A stretch of DNA of 64,000 nt from an uncultured Bacteroidales bacterium. GTDB taxonomy: Bacteria; Bacteroidota; Bacteroidia; Bacteroidales; JAGOPY01. The notes under the pieces were generated by a model, which had not been told where the DNA came from, ran no database searches, and saw only the letters and a list, made by a program, of their open reading frames with translations. Positions 11,201-18,544 of the stretch are shown here, piece after piece. Location of the stretch: assembly GCA_964371595.1 (NCBI GenBank), contig CAYJNJ010000001.1, positions 46,408-110,407 of the forward strand. Direction: 5' to 3'. Positions within the stretch are counted from its first letter, which is position 1. Every line of letters starts with the position of its first letter. Position numbers and translations under genes: made by a program.

Positions 11201-11306
11201 GAATATGGACCCGAAAGATAAATGGAAGAATTACTCAAGCCATTATCCGACCTATTCTTCTGGTGAATCTACAATGGAAGAGCACATGGAAGAAACACAT
11301 GAATAA
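8265..11306 (+). CDS. actB: alternative complex III subunit ActB (molybdopterin-oxidoreductase-like domain fused to a 4Fe-4S ferredoxin domain, Tat signal)
   Basis: The 1013-aa product has the twin-arginine motif SRRDFLKMLG. Its cysteine clusters are CIGCGNCAIAC, CQHCDNAPCENVCP and CIGTRYCMNNCPY. Confidence 0.9.
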   Translation: MDDIKQYWRSLEEHKIMASREPAGKKAIPLGHSHSEEISADDKSLSPSRRDFLKMLGFTVGYAALANSCEMPVRKAIPYLSQPEEITPGIANYYASTFFDGHDYCSIVVKTREGRPIKIEGNTLSKLTMGGTNARVQASVLSLYDQARLKVPLKEGQVISWQSIDQEITDKLKSFGSGRIVILSPTVISPSTRKAIEEFKVTYPSAEWVVYDTISAAALLDANEANFGTRSLPSYHFDKASLIVGFNADFLGNWLMPVKYARDYAKGRKLMGANSMSRHIQFESYMSLTGSNADTRVPMKPSEELGILLNLFNELASEKGLSRVNAPASPVDVKPVAAELRANKGKSLVLSGTNDFYIQATVNAINHILDSYGSTIDLNEHTNLRQGSDREMSRIVDEMNAGNVKAILLYGVNPAYDYAESDKFISGLTKCELSVSFSETHDETAKLCKYVCPDNHYLESWNDAEPVKNCYSLAQPVINRIFDTRQAQESLLKWAGKETAFYDYIRAYWETELFPKQNEFLTFEPFWNKSLHDGVAIIVDSALSVVDFREVDLGQAKAENPAGLELVLYEKIGLGTGKHANNPWLQELPDPITKAVWDNYVCVAPSYAKEHGLANEDVVIINGTIELPVLVQPGQHKDTIGIAVGYGRSSAGKVADGIGENLFPLANTVNGYRRLSGKVVTIEKTGGKTYPLATTQTHHTMEGRAIIRETTLAQWLKDPKSGNEMHDDIMKQNETLYTKPEYDSYHWSMAINLNSCIGCGNCAIACQAENNVAVIGKQEVKNRRIMHWIRIDRYYSQEVDNPEVTHMPVMCQHCDNAPCENVCPVAATPHSSEGLNQMAYNRCIGTRYCMNNCPYRVRRFNWFEYSNEKRFNYNMGNEQEKMVLNPDVTVRTRGVVEKCSMCVQRIQEQKLIAKTENRTVREGDIKTACQQSCPGDAIVFGDINDPNSEIAKVVQDPRSYQLLEQLHTLPSVSYVTKVRNMDPKDKWKNYSSHYPTYSSGESTMEEHMEETHE

Positions 11307-11337
11307 AAAATTGACCGGCTAATAAAAGTTTAGTAAT

Positions 11338-12738
11338 ATGTACAAAGCAGAAATTAGGGGCGAGCTTATCAATGGCAACAAGACTTACGGGCAGATCACC
11401 CGTGAAGTCTTAAAGCCGTTTGAAGCCGAACGGCCGCCAAGGTGGTGGTATGTAGGAATATTCATCGGCATTTCCATGGTCCTCGTCGGCTTTTGGAGCG
11501 CTTATAACCTGGTATCCACAGGTATCGGGCTATGGGGGCTGAATAACAATGTCGGCTGGGGCTGGGATATTATCAATTTCGTATGGTGGATCGGGATTGG
11601 CCATGCCGGGACGGCATTTTCAATCTTTCTTCTGATCCTGCGCCAGCGCTGGAGAACGTCTATAAACCGCGCTGCCGAAGCGATGACGGTTTTTGCCGTG
11701 CTTTGTGCGGGCCTCTTTCCAATGCTGCATATGGGCCGGGTTTGGGACGCATTTTTCATTATGCCCTACCCTAATTCCCGCGGGCCGCTCTGGGTGAACT
11801 TCAACTCCCCCCTGTTCTGGGACGTAGTGGCTATCAGTACCTACTTGATGGCCTCCGGTGTGTTCTGGTATATGGGAATGATACCGGATTTTGCCTCCAT
11901 CAGGGAAAGAACAACTTCTAAACTTAAAAAAAATATTTACAGCATCCTGAGCTTTGGCTGGGTTGGAAGTGCCCGCGGATGGCTAAGGTTCGAAACGGCT
12001 GCGCTACTCCTTGGCGGTTTAACTGCCCCGCTCGTTGTCTCTGTCCACTCCATCGTTGCCATGGACTTTGCAACCTCTGTCATGCCGGGCTGGCATACGA
12101 CCATCTTTCCTCCCTATTTCGTGATTGGCGCAATATTTTCCGGATTCGGCATGGTGCTGACGCTCATGATCATAGTCAGGAAAGTCTTTAAATACGAGGA
12201 TTTTGTAACCCAGGGTCATCTCGATGCAATTACCAGGATCCTGACCTTCATCAGCCTCATTATGGGAACCGCATATATGACCGAATTATTCATTGCCTGG
12301 TACGGCGGTACTGAATATGAGATGTTTACTTTTATGAAGAACAGGATCACAGGCGATTACACCTTTGCATTCTGGGCGATGATTACCTGCAACGCGATCA
12401 TCCCGCAATTTTTCTGGTTTAAAAAAATCAGGAAAAATCTTACCCTTGTCTTCATCATCTCCCTGATTATCAACATCGGGATGTGGTTCGAACGTTATGT
12501 GATCGTAGTTACCTCACTTTCGAAGGACTTCCTGCCTTCAAGCTGGGCTTCCTATCATCCTACGATTTACGACAAAACCTTCTTCATCGGCACACTGGGC
12601 ATTTTCGTGCTCGGCCTGCTCTTCTTCTTCCGGTTCATCCCGATGATGGCTATTAGCGAACTTAAAGGGATACTGAAAGAAACCAGTTTAAAGAAAGATA
12701 AAGTTCAAGATAAAGCGCATGATCATGGAAAAAATTAA
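11338..12738 (+). CDS. actC: alternative complex III subunit ActC (NrfD/PsrC-like quinol-interacting membrane subunit)
   Basis: It is a 466-aa polytopic membrane protein of NrfD type, positioned after actB. Confidence 0.85.
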   Translation: MYKAEIRGELINGNKTYGQITREVLKPFEAERPPRWWYVGIFIGISMVLVGFWSAYNLVSTGIGLWGLNNNVGWGWDIINFVWWIGIGHAGTAFSIFLLILRQRWRTSINRAAEAMTVFAVLCAGLFPMLHMGRVWDAFFIMPYPNSRGPLWVNFNSPLFWDVVAISTYLMASGVFWYMGMIPDFASIRERTTSKLKKNIYSILSFGWVGSARGWLRFETAALLLGGLTAPLVVSVHSIVAMDFATSVMPGWHTTIFPPYFVIGAIFSGFGMVLTLMIIVRKVFKYEDFVTQGHLDAITRILTFISLIMGTAYMTELFIAWYGGTEYEMFTFMKNRITGDYTFAFWAMITCNAIIPQFFWFKKIRKNLTLVFIISLIINIGMWFERYVIVVTSLSKDFLPSSWASYHPTIYDKTFFIGTLGIFVLGLLFFFRFIPMMAISELKGILKETSLKKDKVQDKAHDHGKN

Positions 12739-13273
12739 TATTGTCGGGATCTATGACGATCCGGACGTTCTTGTGGCGGCAGCTAAAACGCTGAAAGAAA
12801 AGGATGTCCGAATAAAAAACATCTTCAGCCCCTTCCCTATCCATGAGTTGTGGGAAGTGCTGGGATTAAAAACCCGTCTGCCGGTTCTTACCTTTATCTA
12901 TGGTACCATAGGGCTGATTACAATCTATGCTTTCCTTTACTGGACATCGGTGGTAAACTACCCGCTGAAATTCGGTGGGAAGCCGCTTAATACGCTGTCA
13001 TTCATTATCATCATGTTTGTCGGCGTCATCTTTGTTGCAGTCCTTCTGACATTTACCACTTTCTTTATCCGGCAGAAAATCGGTCCGGGAAAAAAGGTCG
13101 TCATGATCGATCCCCGAACGACGGATGATAAATTCGCTATTGTCATCGAGAGGGCGACAGAATTTACCGACGATGATATCCGCCGGATTACTGCCATCCT
13201 GAAAGAAACCGGAGCTGTTGAAATTTCAGAAAGCGCCCAGCCCGATAATTATATTGAAGAAGAAAACGATTAA
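12719..13273 (+). CDS. actD: alternative complex III subunit ActD (DUF3341-like)
   Basis: 184 aa with a soluble N-terminus and two TM helices. It overlaps the actC stop. The start could instead be the ATG at 12725. Confidence 0.75.
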   Translation: MIMEKINIVGIYDDPDVLVAAAKTLKEKDVRIKNIFSPFPIHELWEVLGLKTRLPVLTFIYGTIGLITIYAFLYWTSVVNYPLKFGGKPLNTLSFIIIMFVGVIFVAVLLTFTTFFIRQKIGPGKKVVMIDPRTTDDKFAIVIERATEFTDDDIRRITAILKETGAVEISESAQPDNYIEEEND

Positions 13274-13286
13274 CATTTCGTTCATT

Positions 13287-13862
13287 ATGATAAAAAAATA
13301 CCTGAAATACCCTGTTATTCCGCTGGCAGCCATCATGATGCTCATGATGTCATGTAACCACGACCGGAATCATCCCGGGTATGCTTATATGCCCGATATG
13401 TATTATTCGGGATCATACGAAGCTTATACAAAAAATCCGCTGTTCCGCGACAGCCTTACGATGCAAACACCTGTAAAAGGCACTATTGCAAGGGGGCACC
13501 AACCGGCTTACACCTACAAAGCCAAATCATTCGATGACCAGGTAAGGGCCGGGCTTGAACTGGTAAACCCTGTTCCGGTTACCGCTGAATCAATAGCCAG
13601 GGGAAAAGAACGCTATTCCATTTTTTGTATTAGCTGTCATGGCGAACTGGGGGATGGAAAGGGATTCCTATTTACCAGTAAACGCTTTTCAGCCCAGCCG
13701 ACATCCCTGATCGGTGACCTTGTTAAAAACAAACCTGACGGGGAGCTATATCATGTCATTACCCTGGGTTCATTATCGGGGCTTATGGGCGCACATGGCT
13801 CTCAAATTGCACCGGAAGACCGCTGGATGATCGTTAATTACGTCCGGGAACTTGGTAAATAG
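13287..13862 (+). CDS. actE: alternative complex III subunit ActE (monohaem cytochrome c lipoprotein)
   Basis: There is a single CISCH motif and a lipobox-like MMSC. The ATG at 13287 is preferred over the TTG at 13218, which overlaps actD. Confidence 0.8.
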   Translation: MIKKYLKYPVIPLAAIMMLMMSCNHDRNHPGYAYMPDMYYSGSYEAYTKNPLFRDSLTMQTPVKGTIARGHQPAYTYKAKSFDDQVRAGLELVNPVPVTAESIARGKERYSIFCISCHGELGDGKGFLFTSKRFSAQPTSLIGDLVKNKPDGELYHVITLGSLSGLMGAHGSQIAPEDRWMIVNYVRELGK

Positions 13863-13888
13863 TTATTTGACGGAAGGAGATAATCACT

Positions 13889-15064
13889 ATGGAAAATTAT
13901 AATTTAGACAAACAACTCATCATCACAAAGAAATTCAACTACCTGGCCTATACCCTGATGGCTATCGGCCTGGTCACAATCATTGTTGGGTTCTTTGTCA
14001 ATCCCGCCAAGACCTGGGCCAATTACCTGATGAACAACTATTACTTCCTGTCGCTGGCCATAGGGGGGACTTTCTTTGTTGCGCTGCAATATATAACCCA
14101 GACCGGCTGGTCGAGCGGCTTTATCAGGATCCCGCAGGCTATGTCGAATGTCATCCCGGTTATTGCAATACTGATGCTCCCGATCATTATCTTCGGGTTA
14201 CCGGATATTTACCATTGGGCACACCACGGGGCAGCAGAGCACGATCCCATCATCGCCCATAAAACCCCTTACCTGAACCTGCCCTTCTTTATCTTCAGGT
14301 ATATCCTCTTTTTCACCGTATGGACTTTCCTTACCTTTTATTTAAAAAAATTATCACTGAAGGAAGACCAGGTTGGCGGGCTTGCAAATTTCCACCGCAG
14401 CGAGTTCTTTTCAAAGGTTTACATCTTCACTCTGGCAATAACATTTTCACTCGCCACCTTCGACTGGATCATGTCGATTGATGTGCACTGGTTCAGTACC
14501 ATTTTTGCCTTCAGGAATTTCGCCATGTCATTTTACCACGGAACCGTCGTGATCACCCTGATCGCCATTATCCTGAATAAACTTGGCTACCTGCCATTCA
14601 TGAACAAGTCGCACCTTAAGGATTTCTCGAAATACATCTTCATCCTCAGCATTATCTGGACTTACTTATGGTTCGCCCAGTATATCCTGATATGGTACGC
14701 CAATATCCCGGAAGAAACGGTTTATTACCTTCCCAGGACCAAGGGTGAGTTTACCCCGCTGTTTTACATGGAGCTTATAATCAACTTCGCCATTCCATTT
14801 GCCCTGTTGCTGTCGAATTACCTGGTAAGCCACAAGAACACCCTGTTAGCCATCTGCGCCATTATCATTTTCGGGCACTGGATCGACCTTTACCTCCAGG
14901 TAATTGTAGGGACCTACGGAAAGCTCCAGGTTGGATTCATCGAGATCGGTACTTTCCTTGGATTCGCCGGCATGTTCGCATTTGTTGTTGCACGCGCTTT
15001 GAAGTCGGCACCGCTTGTTGCAAAGAACCACCCTTACCTGGAAGAGAGCCTCAGGCATCATTGA
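13889..15064 (+). CDS. actF: alternative complex III subunit ActF (second NrfD-like membrane subunit)
   Basis: It is a 391-aa polytopic membrane protein and the last gene of the act cluster. Confidence 0.8.
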   Translation: MENYNLDKQLIITKKFNYLAYTLMAIGLVTIIVGFFVNPAKTWANYLMNNYYFLSLAIGGTFFVALQYITQTGWSSGFIRIPQAMSNVIPVIAILMLPIIIFGLPDIYHWAHHGAAEHDPIIAHKTPYLNLPFFIFRYILFFTVWTFLTFYLKKLSLKEDQVGGLANFHRSEFFSKVYIFTLAITFSLATFDWIMSIDVHWFSTIFAFRNFAMSFYHGTVVITLIAIILNKLGYLPFMNKSHLKDFSKYIFILSIIWTYLWFAQYILIWYANIPEETVYYLPRTKGEFTPLFYMELIINFAIPFALLLSNYLVSHKNTLLAICAIIIFGHWIDLYLQVIVGTYGKLQVGFIEIGTFLGFAGMFAFVVARALKSAPLVAKNHPYLEESLRHH

Positions 15065-15208
15065 TTGTGGTCGATTTATGGATATTTTTTACTATTGGTT
15101 AAAAAAAGACCAAAGCGACTTACTTTTTGTTTATTTCTATTAATTTAAAATCATTCTTTATAATGTAGCAGTTTTAAGTATTTTTGCCACCTGCCCCCTC
15201 CCCTCGAT

Positions 15209-15232
15209 CCCCTCCCCCAAACGGTGGAGGGG
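15209..15232 (+). other. GC-rich hairpin: CCCCTCC / GGAGGGG
   Basis: The 7-bp stem (15209-15215 with 15226-15232) encloses a 10-nt loop. It uses the same CCCCTCC word as the hairpin at 24409-24459. Confidence 0.5.
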
Positions 15233-15259
15233 AAGAAGGATCTAAGGCGCTCACTTATT

Positions 15260-15287
15260 GGAATTTGGAATTAGGAATTTGGAATTA
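15260..15287. repeat. 7-bp tandem array: GGAATTT GGAATTA GGAATTT GGAATTA
   Basis: Read directly. It ends 12 nt before the ccsBA ATG. The same word occurs at 26381-26409 and 33752-33780. Confidence 0.85.
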
Positions 15288-15299
15288 AAACCAACAGCT

Positions 15300-18200
15300 A
15301 TGCGTAAATTTTTCGACTTTATATTCTCCATGATGTTTGCAGGGACGCTGATGCTTGTCTTTGCCGCGGCGATCGGGACTGCAACATTTATTGAAAACGA
15401 CTATGGTACCCTGGCATCAAAATCTGTCGTTTATAATGCCTTGTGGTTTGAGGCCCTCCTGGTGCTCACTGCCATCAGCCTTATAGGAAGCGTTTTCAAA
15501 TACAAGCTCTATCAAAGGAACCGTTTTAGTGTCCTGTTCTTCCATCTTTCATTCGTGATCATTCTCATCGGCGCCGCAATCACCAGGTATATCAGCTATG
15601 AAGGGACGATGATGATCCGCGAAGGAAGTTCCTCCAATCTTGTCATATCAGAAAGCCCGTACATGCAGCTTTCGGTTACGAAAAACGGGCAAACCGCATA
15701 TTTCGACGATAGGTACCTGTTTACCGAATTTAAAAAGAACAAGTTCAAAGAAACTTATCATCTTAACGGCGAAGATATCCGGCTGGAATTCAGCACTTTT
15801 ATTCCAAATGCAGCGGAAGCTGTAGTAGAGGCGCCGAACGGGATCCCCATCATGACGTATGTAACGGTTGAAAACGGGGAAAGAAAAAGTGCAATGATCA
15901 AAGCGGGGGAAAATAAAAAAGTGGCGGGACTCAGCCTGAGTTTTAACGCCGAGCCCACTGATCCTGATGCTATTATCGTTAAATACACCCCAGAAGCGGG
16001 CCTTACATTCCTTGCCCCGGTTGACGCCGTGGTGATGAATATGACGGCTGGGACAACTGATTCGCTGAGCAGTGGCACTTCTCATGTCCTGAACACCATG
16101 CAGTTATATAGCTTCGGAAATACTCAGTTAGTTGTACGGCAGTTCTTTGCATCAGGGAAAACGCAAATGGTTTCGTCTCCCCATGAGAAAAGCGGCGTAT
16201 CTGCAATCATGATGAAACTTACTTACAATGGAAAAACGGAAGAGATCGGTGTTTTAGGCGGAAAAGACATGATGGGACAGCCTGTGAGCACAACTATCGG
16301 CGATACTGAATTTTCACTGTCATATGGTTCCAAAGCATTTGAGATCCCATTCTCTGTATATCTCAGGGATTTCCAGCTCGAAAGGTACCCCGGTTCAATG
16401 AGCCCCTCCTCCTTTGCAAGCGAAGTTACGGTGCTGGATCCGCTGAATAACAAGGAATTGCCTTACAGGATCTTCATGAATAATATCCTCAACTATGGCG
16501 GTTACCGCTTTTTCCAGTCATCCTATGATAAAGATGAAAAAGGCACTATTCTTTCGGTGAACCACGATGGATTGGGTACAACAGTTACTTACTTCGGGTA
16601 CTTTATTATGGCAGCAGGGCTCGTCTTCAATTTCTTCAGCAGGAACAGCAGGTTCAGGAAACTGGCAAAAATGAGTTCGGAATTAAAAAAGAAAAGCGCG
16701 CTTGCCGCTTTATTGCTTCTGCTTGGCTTAGGACTTACGGCACAGCACCAGGCTACAATCAATCCTTTGAATATCAGCGCTGACCATGCTAAAAAATTTG
16801 GAAAACTGATAGTCCAGGACCAGGACGGACGAATGAAGCCTGTGAATACGCTTTCATCGGAGCTGTTACGGAAAATTTACCGGAAAGATAATTTTGATGG
16901 CCTTACCAGCGACCAGGTATTCCTGGGTATGATGACCAACCCGGTGTACTGGCAGGATGTGCCCATGATCAAAGTGACTGACAGCGATTTGAAAAAATTG
17001 CTCGGAGTTAACGGGAAATACGCATCATTCAACGATTTTGTAGACCGGGAAATGGGTTTTTACAAATTAACCGAACAGGTGAATGAAGCTTATAATAAAA
17101 AACCTGTGGAGAGGAACAGTTTCGATAAGGATGTGATGAAGGTGGATGAAAGGGTTAACATATTTTATATGGCCGTTTCCGGCGATTTCCTTACTGCCTT
17201 CCCGGTTCCGGGCCATCCTAACAACAAATGGCATACAGCCGAAAATCCTTATGAGACCTTTGATTCAACAGATGCTCAGTTTGTCGGAAATATCCTTCCG
17301 GTCTATTACGGTTCCGTACTTGATGCCATGAGCACGAACAACTGGTCGCAGGCTGATTCCTCGCTGGGTTACCTGAAGACTTTCCAGGACCGTTATGGAA
17401 AGGAAGTGATGCCATCCACGATGAAATCAAACCTTGAAGTTTTCTACAACAACGCCAATATTTTCAAAAAGCTTTTCCCGCTATATGGTGCATTTGGCCT
17501 GATCTTCATCATCGTGCTCTTCGCACAGGTGCTGAACAGCAAGCTTAACCTGAAGTGGGTGATCCGGGTACTTATCGGGCTGATCATGGCGGCATTTGTC
17601 GTCCATACGATCGGACTGGCCATCAGGTGGTACGTCGCCGGCCACGCTCCCTGGAGCAACGGCTACGAAACCATGATCTACATCGCATGGGGCACTTTGC
17701 TTTCCGGGATCCTTTTCACCCGGACTTCGAAGATCACGCTGGCTACCACTGCCATCCTTGCATCAGTCACCCTTATGGTTGCCAACCTGAGCTGGCTCGA
17801 TCCGCAGGTGACCAACCTGGTCCCTGTGCTGAAATCCTACTGGCTGGTAATCCATGTGGCCATCATCACTGCAAGCTACAGTTTCCTGGGCGTCGGAGCC
17901 CTGTTAGGCTTCCTGAACCTTATCCTGATCAGCCTTCAGAATAAAAATAATTTTGCCAAGCTGAAAGGTACCATCGAAGAGTTGACCAATATCAACGAAA
18001 TGAACCTGATCATCGGGGTATTCCTGGTCACGATCGGGACTTTCCTCGGTGCCGTCTGGGCCAATGAATCCTGGGGCCGCTACTGGGGATGGGACCCGAA
18101 AGAGACCTGGGCCCTGGTCACCGTGCTGGTCTATTCGTTCATCATCCATATGAGGCTTATTCCCGGAATGAACGGCGTTTACGGCTTCAATTTCGCGGCG

Positions 18201-18392
18201 CTTATCGGGTTCAGCTCCGTGCTGATGACCTACTTCGGCGTAAACTATTACCTCTCCGGCATGCACTCTTACGCTGCCGGCGATCCGGTGCCGATACCAA
18301 CCTTCGTTTATTATTCAGTGGCTGTTGTTTTCCTGGTTTCGCTGCTTTCTTATCTGAATCATTTAAGGATGACAAAGTTTGCAAAGGGTTGA
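15300..18392 (+). CDS. ccsBA: cytochrome c biogenesis protein CcsBA (ResB-like domain fused to CcsA/ResC, System II)
   Basis: About 1030 aa. The N-terminal part is ResB-like and the C-terminal CcsA part carries the WWD motif WGRYWGWDPKETW. The ATG at 15300 is preferred because the upstream TTG lies inside the GGAATTT array. Confidence 0.9.
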   Translation: MRKFFDFIFSMMFAGTLMLVFAAAIGTATFIENDYGTLASKSVVYNALWFEALLVLTAISLIGSVFKYKLYQRNRFSVLFFHLSFVIILIGAAITRYISYEGTMMIREGSSSNLVISESPYMQLSVTKNGQTAYFDDRYLFTEFKKNKFKETYHLNGEDIRLEFSTFIPNAAEAVVEAPNGIPIMTYVTVENGERKSAMIKAGENKKVAGLSLSFNAEPTDPDAIIVKYTPEAGLTFLAPVDAVVMNMTAGTTDSLSSGTSHVLNTMQLYSFGNTQLVVRQFFASGKTQMVSSPHEKSGVSAIMMKLTYNGKTEEIGVLGGKDMMGQPVSTTIGDTEFSLSYGSKAFEIPFSVYLRDFQLERYPGSMSPSSFASEVTVLDPLNNKELPYRIFMNNILNYGGYRFFQSSYDKDEKGTILSVNHDGLGTTVTYFGYFIMAAGLVFNFFSRNSRFRKLAKMSSELKKKSALAALLLLLGLGLTAQHQATINPLNISADHAKKFGKLIVQDQDGRMKPVNTLSSELLRKIYRKDNFDGLTSDQVFLGMMTNPVYWQDVPMIKVTDSDLKKLLGVNGKYASFNDFVDREMGFYKLTEQVNEAYNKKPVERNSFDKDVMKVDERVNIFYMAVSGDFLTAFPVPGHPNNKWHTAENPYETFDSTDAQFVGNILPVYYGSVLDAMSTNNWSQADSSLGYLKTFQDRYGKEVMPSTMKSNLEVFYNNANIFKKLFPLYGAFGLIFIIVLFAQVLNSKLNLKWVIRVLIGLIMAAFVVHTIGLAIRWYVAGHAPWSNGYETMIYIAWGTLLSGILFTRTSKITLATTAILASVTLMVANLSWLDPQVTNLVPVLKSYWLVIHVAIITASYSFLGVGALLGFLNLILISLQNKNNFAKLKGTIEELTNINEMNLIIGVFLVTIGTFLGAVWANESWGRYWGWDPKETWALVTVLVYSFIIHMRLIPGMNGVYGFNFAALIGFSSVLMTYFGVNYYLSGMHSYAAGDPVPIPTFVYYSVAVVFLVSLLSYLNHLRMTKFAKG

Positions 18393-18400
18393 TTGAATTA

Positions 18401-18483
18401 CCACTTAGGCACTTAGAGCACTTAGAAACACTAAGGTTTAATACATATCTAAGTGTTCCTTAGTGCCCTTAGTGCCTAAGTGG
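18401..18483. repeat. inverted array of 8-nt words (CACTTAGN x4 / NCTAAGTG x4) forming a long imperfect hairpin; possible terminator
   Basis: The left arm is CCACTTAGGCACTTAGAGCACTTAGAAACACTAAG. The reverse complement of the right arm is CCACTTAGGCACTAAGGGCACTAAGGAACACTTAG, about 30/35 identical. The element starts 9 nt after the ccsBA stop. Confidence 0.75.
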
Positions 18484-18544
18484 TCATAATAAATCCCAGG
18501 CCAACAAATTCCATTAGATTTGCAGGGAAATTCTAAAAATCTTC

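Noticed and set aside
15258-15299. Upstream alternative starts for ccsBA (15258), the TauE-like gene (26392), the LRR/T9SS gene (46536) and the 655-aa protein (60618)
   Set aside because: In each case the extra N-terminal residues are encoded by a repeat element (GGAATTT array, attC-like site or GCCAC word element). An in-frame start just downstream gives a proper signal peptide or conserved N-terminus.
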